A stretch of 64,000 nt of DNA from Lingula anatina. Taxonomy: Eukaryota; Animalia; Brachiopoda. The notes beneath the pieces are model-generated. The model had not been told where the DNA came from. It saw only the letters and a list, made by a program, of their open reading frames with translations, and ran no database searches. The stretch is taken from NCBI GenBank assembly GCA_051362555.1, contig CM120641.1, positions 47,870,401 to 47,934,400 on the forward strand. The letters run 5' to 3'. The translations under genes were made by a program, and so were the position numbers. How positions within the stretch are numbered: the stretch's first letter is position 1; every line of letters starts with the position of its first letter. Of this stretch, positions 14,501-44,651 are shown one piece after another.

Positions 14501-17500
14501 ACGTTCATGCAAATTTCGACTTTTTAACAGAGAGGAGCCGCTAGTTTTGGTTTATCAGGCAGGTAGTCGGGGGTTGATCATCGGGTTCTTACGAACCGCC
14601 ATTTTTGTCGGGAAAAATTGCACTTTTGGGTAATATTTGTCTCCTTTTTCATAAAAAAGAATCCCCCCCCTTGGAAATAGATGGCTACGGGGCCGTATAT
14701 TGTTATTATTATATTGGAATGAGCGCCAGCATTCCGGGACATTACCGGAACGCGATGAGAGAAGCGCGTTACTGGATACATTAGCACATACGTAACAATC
14801 TAGCCGTCGTATCCCAACTGCACAGGAAACTCTCTAATGCTACCAGGGTTTAATTCCCTTTCACGAGTTTGCTTTCAACTATTTGGACCAATCAAAATTA
14901 ATCCCATTATCTGACCATGTCAAGTGTGTGTGTGTGTGTGTGTGTGTGCGTGCGTGCGTTCGTGCGTGCGTGCGTGCGTGCATGTGTGCCAAGGTGACTC
15001 TTTTACATACTAGCCAGGCCAATAGCTCAAAATGAAGCATAACAAAAGTGTACAGCACGCTGTGATAGAGGGCGCCAGTCACAAGATGCCCCACTTACCA
15101 TATTTCTCTACAGGGTGGGCAGGTGGTATGGGTGGTAAGGTGGAAGACACTGGGAATAATAAAAGTTGAAAATGTTTTAAGTTTGCTAAACAAGAAGTAT
15201 TACTTTTAAAATACATGTATACACAGTATAAAATCTTTTATTATTTTTCTTTTTATACTCTAAATGCATGTTTCACTTATCTTTTAATTTTAAAAATATC
15301 GTACTTTTTCTTGTTAGTTTTACTGTACAATATGTCTTATAACTGGTGCAGCCAACAACATTTCTTATAACTTTTATCAAATTTTACAGCACTTAAAACA
15401 TTCCTTATTTGGCACAATGCAATTTTAAATGGAATATGTCATTAATTTGTAATTATAACTTTAAAAATTTACCCAGCAAATACACATCTATTTCTTTCTC
15501 TGGCACATACTCTACATGTAACTTATGTAGATAAACACTGGAATAGCAGAATTCCTTATTATTTGAACACTTTCCACAAAAAATCTGATTTAAATATTTT
15601 AAGGAAAAAAATATAAAAATTGTGCTGCTTCGTTTACCTACCTGTAATTTTTCATTTTTTAAACTTTTTTCTCACCTGATTCTGGGACGTTTTTGAAAAG
15701 TGTTTCTATAATCTTAGTGAACTTAGTGTTGGCTTCACCCTGTTCATTAACTGGTGCATCATAATCTAAAATACATGAAGTATGTTGATGAGAATTGGTT
15801 AAGTCTTCAATGCATGTATGGCCATTAATTCACTTTTCATCATTTGGTTTTAATAAAATCAAAGTTATACAGTAGAAAAATACACAGTCTTCCACGTTGA
15901 TGATGACAGGGTGCATATAAAAAACATACAGAGTGAAAAAAATTCACAAACAGTTCCCTTGGCAGAAAAAATTCTAATTAGTACATTTTTCTGTACTCCA
16001 CTGTATGAAATCTTTCAATGTCCTATTTTCAATTTTCTATCATAATTGCTTCTATGCTTATCCAAAATGGAGACATCAAAGAATATGATTTGACTGATAT
16101 GAGTGTTTATTAATTGAAAAAGGTGTGTTAGAAAACTTAAGGACCAGGTCACAATGAATTAATTGACCTAGCTACTGCACACTAACTTCCCAGGGACTCG
16201 CGCTGAGTGCAATCAGAAAAAAGAGAGCGACACATTTCCTTTTGTTCCCAACATACATAATCGTCTGCTTTTCTGAATATACTAGTGGTACAGTTAACTC
16301 TTGGAGGAGGCATGTTAATCTGATTGCATTCAGCAAGAGTTCCTATATATAATTATAGAGTAAGAATGCAGTAGCTTGGTCAATAAATTCATAAGGACAG
16401 GCCCTAAAAGATGTGATCACCTTACCATAACTTGTGACTGTTGCAACATAGCTGGGGTAGTAAGCACCATTCATAAAGCCAAAGTTGGTTCCCCCATGAA
16501 ACATGTAGAAATTCACAGATGATCCAGACTTCAAGATAAATGACAACACTGCCTCCATTTCTGTAAACAGATACATCAATTTATGGCACTGATAATAAAT
16601 ATGAGTAAAGGTATGCAGACTGGCATTTTTAAACAATGACCTATCAATTTAGTGACTTTGCATGATTTTACGTTGCCAGCTACAGTGAACCTTGGGATAT
16701 TAGAGAAAAAGTTACTTTTTGTGTGCTTAAATATATATAATGAATAAAAACTGTTTAATTTTGTTTTTAATGATTTCTGTTGTTACCAAATACTGGTCCC
16801 AGTCCAAATACAGAAACTAGAAATTTGGCAAGTTTTAATTTTTTAAACAATAATAACATGAACTTTATTGTTATCACATAGCATGAAATTGTGCACAGTG
16901 TACAAATGGAACCCCAATTTAGACAACTGACACCATTCAGGTATTTCAAACACATAAGCACTGTACACAAACAAACCCATACGACCATATTTGCAGATGT
17001 GAAAACATGGACTGGACAACTACAGACAGACAGATGGACAGACACACAGACACCCAGTTAGACATTACCTTCATCTTTCATAGTGTTATGTTTGCTTCCC
17101 CATACATCATACCATCCCGGCCAGAACTCCATGGTAACCAATGGCCATTCAGGGCTCAAAGCAGCAATATTCTTAAATGCTAACTCTCCTCTACTAATTG
17201 TGTCAAAGGTCGCAGTGGGTAAAACTGTAAATAAGAAATCAAATTTAATTTTAAATATCTACAGTGTATCAAGTCACCTTGCTGACATTTTAAAACATTT
17301 TTATAATGTTCATTGTCTGCCACAATGATACCACTGATAAATCAATTTTATATTCATGAAGAATTATTCATAGATTATATTTGTAATTCATAGCACTATT
17401 GAAGTGATATTGTATTTAGAGAAAACAATATTCTTAAACTTCATGCTATTTACCACCAGCATAAGATTATCACCTACTAAGGGGGCATTCACAATGAAGC

Positions 17501-20500
17501 TATCGTATTAGGTAGATCAATCCAACTCCGTGGAGACTCTTGCTGAATGCAATCAGATTAACTGAATGACATGCCTACTCTAGCAGCACACCAAGGTTAA
17601 TCCACCCTTAACTGCTCAAGAAGGCATATCGTACAGTTAAGAAAGTATGATACAGGCCATTCGGAATGAGAAGAGCCGAGTGCTAGCTAGGCGACAATCT
17701 AAATTTGACGGACCTACATGAAAGGAAGTCCGCTTAATCCTGAAATGGTCACACGCCTCCCCACATGTCGTCCCTCAACCGGTTAAATCGAGCCGAGATT
17801 TAATTACTGTGCCCCTGCAGGGACGACGCATGGGGAGGCATGTGAGAGGCGGAGAGACCATTACAGGATTAAGCAGTCTTCCTTTCATGTAGGTCTGCCA
17901 TATTTAGGTCATGGCCTAGCTAGCACTCGGCTCTTCTCATTCTGAATGGGGCCACTGTGGCATATTAAAAACATTACCTCCAGGCAGACTTCCCTTCTCT
18001 AAATGTTCTGCTGGGTCAGCAGTTAACATTAGTTCTTCCACACCATACTTCAGCAAGGACTGAAACAGAGAGGGCAATAATTACTATATCATATAATATA
18101 AATGAAAGTTTTTTAATTATTGACATTTGACTCACTATCAAAGGCATATAATCTTAAGTTTCAAGATGCAAACTACAGTTAAATGAAACTTTATAGACAA
18201 TACAAAGTGGAAACGGAACACTTTTATAAAACTTAGGTAAAGACTGAATATTTGATTACAAATATATATAATCATATGTATGTACAAAATATATCAATAT
18301 ATCATGTAATATTAAAAATCAGAATATGAAAATCATTACCTTAAAAAGTACAGTTTCATGCACTCTCAAAAACATTTTATATTAAGAAGGTTGCTGTTAT
18401 CTTTATAATGTTGTAAAGTGAATAACATTGCTTTACTTTACAATTATTCTATTTATTCCATATTTGCAATATAAGTGTATAAAATATAACAATATTCCAC
18501 TCACTTTGCAAAAATGGTAATAATTAACATATTCTTTGTGAAAACTGATTTACAAACTTCAGATTTCATGATTCTGTGACAGTCTAACTACAAATACTTT
18601 GTTCTATGTAAATTAGTTTGAGAACAAAGCTTCACATTACATCTTTGAGTGCCTCCAAGTACTTTTTGTCCTGTCCATATGCACCATACTCATTTTCTAT
18701 TTGGAATGCAATAATTGGTCCACCTCTGCTATACTAGAAAACAAAGAAAAATATCACTGTCATTTATATGTGCCATTCTCATGTCCTAGATTTCACAATG
18801 TCACAAATGCTTGAATGTAATGAGTGAAATTTAAGTGTGAAAATTCGAATCCTGTAGACTCATAATTTGACCGACTTATACGGATATCTCCTAACTTCCA
18901 CTGACAGTCTGCTGTTCACCCTCCCCTGCATCATCCACCCCCTTCAGCTTCAGCCTTTTCCCAAATAATCAACATTTTTACATTGCCTCTGTACATATAC
19001 CAGCATTTACAGCAGTGTAAGGAAGCTGAAACCAGGTTCATATTTTCTTTACTTTTTTTTCAGTGGTCTGAATTACTTGCAGGTGTTCAAAGGAGGCAGA
19101 GATTTATAAAAATTATGTATTACATAAAAAAATATTGTGGATTTTTTTACAATTTCTATGCATAATATGGTAGAGATTCCATCTATAGAAATTCTTATAG
19201 CCAATGAAAAAAGATGAACCATGTCCATCTTCTAATTATGTTTAACCTCTTACATGGATCATAACTCTGCCCATTACCTGTAGCCCTGCTACCAGTGGTA
19301 TCAGCTCTGAGAAGTAATTGTCTACAGCCTTCAGGAATGGAGGGTACGTACTGCGAACCTTCATACTGGGGTCATTTAGGAGCCAGCTGGAATAAGACAC
19401 ACATGTACATACTGTCTATACTGGTAAAATAATACATAAAAATAATGAATTGGTGGTTAGGAGAGCAGGCACTTAATGTATATCCCAATCGGGCATGCCA
19501 CCAAATCCCCACTACCACCATTTCATCCAGAAACCTCAGTACACCCACCCGGGCATGCCACCAAGCTCCCATTCCTTACAGATAGTGCACCCACCTGGGC
19601 ATGCCACCAAACTCCCATTCACCTCAGATAGTACACCCACCTGGGCATGCCACCAAACTCCCACTCCACACAGATAGTACACCCACCTGGGCATGCCACC
19701 AAACTCTCACTCACCACAGATAGTACACCCACCTGGGCATGCTACCAAACTCCCACTCCCCACAGATAGTACACCCACCTGGGCATGCCACCAAACTCCC
19801 ACTCACCACAGATAGTACACCCACCTGGGCATGCCACCAAACTCCCACTCCCCACAGATAGTACACCCACCTGGGCATGCCACCAAACTCCCACTCCACA
19901 CAGATAGTACACCCACCTGGGCATGCCACCAAACTCCCACTCCACACAGATAGTACACCCACCTGGGCATGCCACCAAACTCCCATTCCCCACAGATGTA
20001 CGGGCCAGGTCTCAGCACTACATACAAACCAACTTCTTGCGCCAGCTCCAAATATTGTCTTCAACATGAAAAAGACAAAGATACATAAAATATATATATC
20101 TGTAAATTACATGTGTAGTTCCAGATTTTGATTTTAGTTGTTGTGTATGACTACGTGGAGCTGTCACAATACTAAAAAATTAAAAATAAAAGTGTGTAAA
20201 TAAACTTTAAACTGTGTTTTTATGTTATTTGACAATTCTTTTTTCTTTGTTGAAAGATTGGATTTAGTTTATGAGTTTTACATGATCATATGATTCATCA
20301 ATTTTGTGAACTATCTGTTCTTGATTGAAACTTTAAGATCTGTTTGTCTTATTTACATTCAGTTCATACATGCACCAAACCCTTAACAGGTATTCTTTCA
20401 CCTATGAGGACTCATGCACAGCAGTCTGTGGCAACATTTTTATGCGGTAATTACTCGATCTTTTCAGTTGGGGGGGGATTTTAAAGATACTGTAGTTTTG

Positions 20501-22364
20501 AAGTCCTAAATTCTTGAAATTAGAAAATTCTGCTTGCATGGTAGCAACAAAACTGAAAAGCAATCTACCTTGTATTTCTATTCTATAAAGTTAAAGCACC
20601 ACAAACAGGCCCGTAGCCAGGGGGGGTTCGGGGGGTTCGAAAGAACCCCCCTTTTTGCTGGAAATAGGTCCACTCTGGGTAAAATTTGACCTAGGTACAT
20701 GGGGATTATATGGTAAAAGGTCCACTTTTTCAGGAAAAGAACCCCCCATTTGAAATTGCTGGCTACGGGTCTGACAAATGCTATACAAAAAAATATATTT
20801 TTAATGATTCCAAAATTATGTATCTGAAAGATTAATAACTTTTCCCCATTGAAAAGATTGAATCATTATCATGCTGGCTGGTATATACCAGTTCTTTTTA
20901 TTCCATACTCACACAATGTCTAGCAGGCCATCCTTGAAATTAAATTTCCCTTTAATTTCTTCATGTAAATTCCATGGTACATACCTGAAACAAATGGAGC
21001 CAAGGGGTGCAAAGATCAGTTTTTAATTCAACTTCTTTGTACAGCACTATTAATTATGAATTCCAGTATAAGTTTTGGGTGGAGGACTGCTAGTTAACTT
21101 TGGGATCCAATGTCAGGTATAATGATATTCAATTCCTCACATGTAAACTTTTTATATATCTTTTCAAGCTACATATCTTTGATTACTATCATAGATATTT
21201 TGAAACTGAGATAATTTATAAAGAAATAGTATAAATAAGCAAAAATAGTAAATAACAGTTTTGATGTAAGCATTGATTTCTTGTCAAACAAGATATAGCA
21301 GAAGAATATGAGTTGTAAAAAAATAGTTTTTCTCTACAGCTTGTGATGTGGTAACATTTTAAAAATCCTCCACAACACAGGGGGATGGGGAACAAACATT
21401 TTTGATATTCAATAGGCAGTTATTGTTTTGCAGGCCACAATATCTGGGTCAGATCCATGTGCTACTCTGCAAACAAAAGAAGCTGCAAGATGGCGTGACC
21501 TGACCTGACGGGAGGGTCATGCATCAACTGCTAGCTCAAGCCACTTCAGTCCACACTCTACAACTCTCCTGATGGATATTAAATCTATATTACATCTAAA
21601 TTAATGATCCAACTACTTTTAAAACACACTAAAGTACTAGTAGTACAATCAGGTAATTATATCTTAGTTATAACAGATATAATTCTCAGGTACCATGTAG
21701 TTGTGATATTGAAATGATAAAAAAATGTAAAGCGTTTTCAAACGATTTCCTATCGTTATACTAAAGGTTTCATTTCAGGTCAGTTTACCTGCCTAATTAA
21801 CACCTATCAACCCTTCCCATCTCCCCTTCTTAATTTATATACAGGTGTAACAGGAATGGCAGTCCTAGGAATGAAAGTCCAGGCTCCTATATGATTAGTA
21901 CAAGTTACACCTGTAATGTTAGTTGGAGTACTGTGGTTGGTATATGGGACGAATGTCACCTGTACAAAGTAATGGGAAGCGGACTATGGTTCCTAGCGGA
22001 CATCCATTCCTGGTACACCTTGTACACAGTGTACTCACGTTGAAACAGTGTTAAGGCCCGCAGCTTTCACCATTAACAAGCTATGTTTCCAGTATTCTGG
22101 TACGACCCGAAAATAATGCACTTCGCCACTCAGCAGTTTGAAAGGTTCGCCATCTAAATACAGCGTCTTGTCGTGAGCACGCAGACCCAAGGGACTGCGC
22201 TTGATTCTAAAATATGGCCTCAGCACGTACCAGAGACCAAGCACTATGAGCGTACATATTACGATCCGCCTCAAAGGCAACCCATATGCGTGTAAAACGA
22301 AAGTCCTCTTAGGTCTGCGTCTTGTCCACATTTCTTCTTGTGACTTTTCTTCTGTTTGCAACAT
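8523..22364 (-). CDS. GLB1L2: Beta-galactosidase-1-like protein (glycoside hydrolase family 35) with N-terminal signal-anchor, ~667 aa, 18 coding exons
   Basis: Exons 22364-22039, 20984-20913, 20058-19963, 19386-19278, 18733-18641, 18059-17978, 17224-17069, 16560-16426, 15765-15676, 15149-15099, 14128-14073, 13864-13715, 13222-13130, 12421-12322, 11130-11043, 9486-9369, 8986-8870, 8594-8523 sum to 2004 nt in one frame. GH35 motifs: [38 protein letters not shown] (acid/base Glu), MEFWPGW (nucleophile Glu), [18 protein letters not shown]. The symbol is a family-level best guess (GLB1L2/3); the start codon could be the nearby MWTRRR Met. Confidence 0.93.
9962..10025. repeat. Short 24-bp-period tandem repeat built from TATACATG/TATATATG units
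   Basis: TATACATGTATACATGTATATATG repeated about 2.5 times. Confidence 0.85.
10039..10411. mobile_element. Two adjacent MITE family A copies in inverted orientation (10039-10205 and 10244-10411)
   Basis: Both have CAGGGGCGGAT..AT(C/CT)GCCCCT ends and are reverse complements of each other; the second has TSD ATATA. Confidence 0.88.
10455..10694. mobile_element. Palindromic MITE with ~90-bp near-perfect TIRs (PIF/Harbinger-like)
   Basis: GACTCCGTTCACATGGAAAGTCTATTTTCT...CCCTGAATATCCCG is mirrored by CGGGATATTCAGGG...ATGTGAACGAAGCC; 3-bp TAG on both flanks. Confidence 0.85.
11521..11680. mobile_element. Short MITE-like element with an internal ~60-bp duplication
   Basis: Ends CTGGGCCGATATTCTC / GAGAATACTGCCCCTG; TATTCTCGAAGCTATC occurs twice. 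Confidence 0.5.
12755..12922. mobile_element. MITE family A copy
   Basis: CAGGGGCGGAT...ATCAGCCCCTG with 5-bp TSD TATGA; highly similar to 10039-10205. Confidence 0.88.
14278..14834. mobile_element. Probable old TIR element
   Basis: Imperfect inverted ends TAGAGTTTTTCCGTTGC..GATATGCCGGCTGGATT / AATCTAGCCGTCGTATC..GCACAGGAAACTCTCTA bracket a CpG-richer block; no clear TSD. Confidence 0.5.
14924..14988. repeat. Compound (GT)n/(GCGT)n microsatellite
   Basis: Directly visible; a similar (GT)n tract lies at 30559-30603. Confidence 0.93.
16141..16404. mobile_element. PIF/Harbinger-like MITE (family E); related pieces at ~2355-2590, ~8680-8866, ~17480-17620, ~23450-23500, ~45035-45145, ~51100-51340 and 61021-61245
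   Basis: Imperfect ~40-bp TIRs (..ATGAATTAATTGACCTAGCTACTGCA / TGCAGTAGCTTGGTCAATAAATTCAT..); TAA on both flanks; shared core CTCGCTGAATGCAATCAG. Confidence 0.7.
17655..17953. mobile_element. Palindromic MITE with ~95-bp imperfect TIRs
   Basis: CCATTCGGAATGAGAAGAGCCGAGTGCTAGCTAGGC..CCTACATGAAAGGAAG is mirrored by CTTCCTTTCATGTAGG..GCCTAGCTAGCACTCGGCTCTTCTCATTCTGAATGG. Confidence 0.8.
19481..19997 (-). repeat. 46-bp minisatellite (~11 copies) made of the 3' end of beta-galactosidase exon 3 plus its 5' splice site
   Basis: Minus-strand unit ATCTGTGGGGAGTGGGAGTTTGGTGGCATGCCCAG|GTGGGTGTACT. GGGCATGC recurs every 46 bp from 19551 to 19965, plus a degenerate copy at 19491. Confidence 0.97.
20606..20773. 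mobile_element. MITE family B (CAGGCCCGTAGCCAG TIR, 5-bp TSD); related copies at ~9194-9357, ~11306-11472 and 40710-40886
   Basis: TIRs CAGGCCCGTAGCCAG / CTGGCTACGGGTCTG; TSD ACAAA on both sides; shared internal motifs (AGCAATTTCAAA, AAAAGTGGACCTTTT). Confidence 0.85.
21843..22020. mobile_element. MITE in beta-galactosidase intron 1; a second same-orientation copy at ~22468-22696
   Basis: TIRs AGGTGTAACAGGAATGG / CCATTCCTGGTACACCT. Internal GTCCTAGGAATG, GTATATGGGACGAATGTC(A/G)CCTGTACAAAGT and GTTCCTAGCGGAC are shared with the second copy. Confidence 0.75.
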
Positions 22365-22907
22365 GAGAAAGGTCCTATATTTCCATTCCACTAGATGTAC
22401 ATTGTGAGTTGGAAATAGTTGTTTATAGCATGCTCAATCAAGTCACACTCTTACAGTCGGTGTTTCCGGTGTGACAGGTGAGAGGGGTGTGTGTGTGTGG
22501 GGGGGGGGGGGGGGGGGGTCGGCTCATGCCCTGACAGGAAAGGTGGTCCTAGGAATGGAAGTCCGGAGTCCGATATGATCAGTACAGCTAGGTTAGGGTT
22601 AGTTGGAGCATAAGGGGTTAGTATATGGGACGAATGTCGCCTGTACAAAGTGTTGGAGAACGGACAACAGTTCCTAGCGGACTACCTGTCACACCTGTTT
22701 ACTTTTATCCAAAACGAGGCTCCTCGCGGTCCCTGCAGGTAATTTACAAATGTGCCAAAAAGCACGGTCGTTAAAGGCAAGCATACCCTTGGACAGATAC
22801 GTGTGACAACTGTTTAATGACATTTAATTAGGAATTTAGCACAGGAAAATGACCATCAAAGTGATTTTCTAGCGTCAATTGCGACTTTATCGATCTTTAT
22901 CAGCGAG

Positions 22908-23143
22908 TATGGGCGGCCAAAAGGGCAAAAAATTCAGTTATGTTTCGTCGATTCACTGCCTTCCCATCGATTCATTTTCAAGTTTAAACGATCCTGTCAT
23001 AAATTCAACATCTACTTTCGTCAATTCAATTGTCAAACATTTCTCATCTATGGTGTATTAAAACCAATGCTGTCACTATATATTTTCGTCGATCGTGTAA
23101 CTAATCTCGTCGACATGAATTTTTGCCCTTTTGGCCGCCCATA
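22908..23143. mobile_element. Non-autonomous IS3EU-like DNA transposon (236 bp)
   Basis: TIRs TATGGGCGGCCAAAAGGGCAAAAA / TTTTTGCCCTTTTGGCCGCCCATA with 6-bp TSD AGCGAG. TAYGG ends plus a 6-bp TSD are the described IS3EU signature. Confidence 0.8.
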
Positions 23144-24320
23144 AGCGAGCAACTACTCAAGTAGGCCTGCCTGATTCATATTCCATTGTAGTTAACGTAA
23201 AATCGATCGTTGGGAAACCAGCGAGTAAATAGATATTTAATAAAAATTTAATAAGTGTTTTGCGTTGCAACAATATCAGTATATAATGCGTTCTAGTTTT
23301 TTAAATAAAACTAGTGTAGCTTGCATGCGTTTCAGGGAAGTTTTAAATGTTCGTTTTTTGTTTTTTTTTCTAGCTGCTTATTCCCAATGCACTTGTACAA
23401 TCACTATCTTTCTATATTCAATACTCAGGCGTGTTTGTCTGTTAATCTGACGGCATTCAGCAAGAGTCCCTGTGGAGTTAGTGGGCATTAGCTAGGCCAG
23501 TTAATTTCTTTATGAACTAAGTACATGTAACAAACAGGAAAATATTTATACTTTATTTTCATGTTTATTGAATATTTTACAATGATTGTCGTAGAACAAG
23601 CATTACCCTTAGCTACATGTAACAGTGTCATGGGGTTTATCACAGTTGCTTTTAATTTATATTTTCCTTGTTTACCCTGGCTTTATTTATACTGTAACGG
23701 CAAGTTATTTTGGCACCTTGATCAAATTATCCATTGTTAAAAGGATCACATTTTCTAGCAAAACAAACTTTTTGAAGTAAAAAAATCGGGTCTAGATTAG
23801 ATAAATATGAATTCAAAAAATAAAATAAACTTCTTAGAAATTTCGATTATTAATTGCTTGTAAAAATCTCCTAGCAGTAAAATAAACTTTACCTAAAAGT
23901 GTTTTTTTTTTTTCACGCTGGTACAATAACAGATGCTCTTATTAAAAAAACCTGATAAGTAGTTAGTATTAAATGTACTACTGAGATAAATAAATAGATA
24001 AATCAAAAATAAATAAATAAATAACAGAAAAATAATTGACATCATCTCCAGCTATGTATAATGTTTGATTCCAGAGAAAATTACTATAAATTAACCATTT
24101 TACAAGATAAAATAACCTTGCACAAGAACACTGATAATCTTCACACGGAGCAGCACCTAACTGAACCAGCTAGTCCACCCTGACAAGTTCTAACAAGTAA
24201 TTATGCAACAGTTTTTTTGTTTCCCTTTCACAAGTTTTTTTTGCAAGAAAAAAAATCAGATTTTTATAGGCAAATTTGGGGAAAAGTGTATTATGCATTA
24301 TGTCATACAGGTAGAGAGCG

Positions 24321-41942
<17,622 letters not shown>

Positions 41943-42965
41943 CTTTATCTCCCCGTCATGTTTCTGATACAGCTAGACCCTTGGCGACTAAGTCGCATTA
42001 ATCAGATAGCTGCTTATAGCGCAGTGACAAGCCGTACGCATGATTCAAAGCTTCGACACAACTTCCTTTGACAAACGTGATTGGAAAGAGGACAGGCCCG
42101 GCAACTGGGTAAATGTGATGGCCAAGGCAGGTCAGGGATTAACTTATCCACCAAAAATCTTACTAATTCAACTAAGTTATGGTACCTCATGCAGAATTAT
42201 TCGGTCTAACTGTTTTAATTAAACTGGCAATCTAAACTGAAATGGATTGGCAACGCTAAGGCCTGTTTACCGGTATGTATTTTTTCGTTGCGAGCCTCAA
42301 GCGTAAACATTGTATTGTTGTGGTCGGGTGAGCGAACTCAATTGCAACGGAACACCTACCACAATTAGGAGGGTTAAAAAAAGACTTTCGGCTGGCAAAT
42401 GTATGTTTCAATATCTCTTTCTATATCTATATCTTTTTAAAAAAATGTATTTTTGGCAGCTATTGGTAGGTCCTTCTAAGTAAGTTTAAATAACTCAAGT
42501 TATTGAGCCAGTGCTGATTTCAAGAAAAAAGAAAACGTCAATAAACAAATTGAAAGCTTTTCTGATGAAATTTATCTGTAGAGTCTGCTAATAATAAACG
42601 TAAGTTTAAACTTTTCACTTTCTACGCGAAACTGAAGCCATGCCACACAAAGCTTAAATAATAAAGCTTCAACTTCCTGAAGAAACTGAAAAGTTTATAC
42701 TTATGATCATGGTCGTACGTTTTTTGTTTTAATCACACAAAATTGGTAGTATAAATTAAACCTCACACGTGTACAAATGTAATGTTGCCTCATCAATATC
42801 AGATCTCCCTGTAGGCCTACAGTCTCTGTACACAAATATAAACGTTAAAGGTGCCTTAAAACTATTGTTCTTTAGCCAGTGCAGTGTTGCGTTACAGGCT
42901 AACTGCAATCCCTTTGGGCAGATACCCTGTCTAATTTTAACTAGCATTTTCTCACCTTTGTGCTA

Positions 42966-42967
42966 TT

Positions 42968-43023
<56 letters not shown>

Positions 43024-43024
43024 T
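42966..43024. repeat. (ATTT)n microsatellite
   Basis: Directly visible. Confidence 0.93.
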
Positions 43025-43563
43025 TAAATATTATCTAAATGAAGTTTTCTTATACAGAAGTTACACTCCCTGATATTAAGGTTTCTAAAATAGTAGGGTC
43101 TATACAAAATTAAAGTAAAGGCCCAACCGATGTAATTAATTTGTACGAGACTTCTTGGTCATGATCAAAGTGTACAGAAGTTGTTGTTGACTAGTCAAGT
43201 ATTATCATGATGCATTGTGTTAGAGAAGACACAAGTATTGTGAGGAGGACTGAATTGATTTACCACTACTAATGCTGGTCTGTAAACAGAATGGGAACGC
43301 GCTATGACATTGATAGCTGGTTTTGGTGAAATTATTTTTTCCTCAGACCTCAAGTGACATATTACCCCATCTAATCACAGGTGAACCAATCTTTTATAAT
43401 TATACTGATATTTTCGAACAATCCTTGCATAATGATATACATCTACATGTATAATCATTTCCTTATCTTATTTTTAAATAAAATCAAAATTTCATACCGT
43501 GAATGATTTCCTACACCTACCCCGATTTTTAATGTGATCATTTTAGCAACGGGATGTTATATC

Positions 43564-44009
43564 GGGGCCGTAGCGATAGTCCGAAGGTTCAATAGTCCGA
43601 AGGTTCAATGGTCCGAATGTGCATTGAAGGTTCATTGGTCCGAAGGTTCGATAGTCCGAAGGTGCATTGGTCCGAAGGTTCATTAGTCCGAAGGTTCGAT
43701 AGTCCGAAGGTTCGATAGTCCGAATGTAGGCCCGCTGTATAAGTGTATAGTGAATTACATGTACAGGGGTGGATCCAAGATTATTTGAAGGGGGGTCCGC
43801 GGATGCAAAGCCCCCACCCCCCTTGGCGTAGGATCTGGGGCCCGCTAAAGGGCCCCGAAAATTGTTGGTGTCTCAAAATGACCACCTAGTTATCTAGAGA
43901 CACATCTGTGAATATCTGTAAAAAATCTATCAGTCGCCCTGGTAGAGGGTTTAAAAGTTAGGTCTGCACGGGCAAAAATAACGTCAATACTAGCATATTA
44001 CATTAGTTA

Positions 44010-44044
<35 letters not shown>

Positions 44045-44601
44045 AGATCTTGATATTTTTCATGGGATTGGAAGTTGACGATATTTAACTGCAAATGTTT
44101 ATTTTGTAAAATCAAATGGAAATTTTCTCACGAGTCACGAGTTTATCTACTTTTTGCAGAGTACGTTTTTCTTCGTTTAAATGAATTTGTTACAAAGACA
44201 GCATTTTTGATGTTGTTCATCAGATTAGAAGTTTAACTGTTTTAGAATATTTCAACATGTTCAAACTGCCTTCTCACTTGTATTTTACGTTTAATAAATA
44301 AATACATAAATAAATAAATAAATAAATAGGCCCACCGGGTTGATATGGCGTTGCCACATTTCTATTTCAGATTATAAACGTTTCAGCACCTTCAGTATTG
44401 CTGGGGAAGAGGGGGTGGAATTAAATATGTATTGCTATTTGTGGATATTTGAGCATATTACTGTATTCTGATACAATTTTTATGTTTAAAGCCCTAGTAA
44501 GGGAAAAGTTTGTTTTCGTAAATGCTCGTAATTTTTGTTTATATGCCAAGTTTACACTCCAGTTAATTCATCCTCATCCCTATGAGTAATACAATACTGC
44601 T

Positions 44602-44651
<50 letters not shown>

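Noticed and set aside
19481-19997. CRISPR-like array or a separate Cys/Trp-rich repeat protein (ORFs 19711-20067, 19742-19993, 19495-19677)
   Set aside because: Units are contiguous with no unique spacers, there are no cas genes and the DNA is eukaryotic. The ORFs are frame rotations of the duplicated exon end.
43570-43730. 17-bp repeats as a CRISPR array or iterons
   Set aside because: No spacers; mirrored at 45198-45404 and bounded by a TSD, so they are subterminal transposon repeats.
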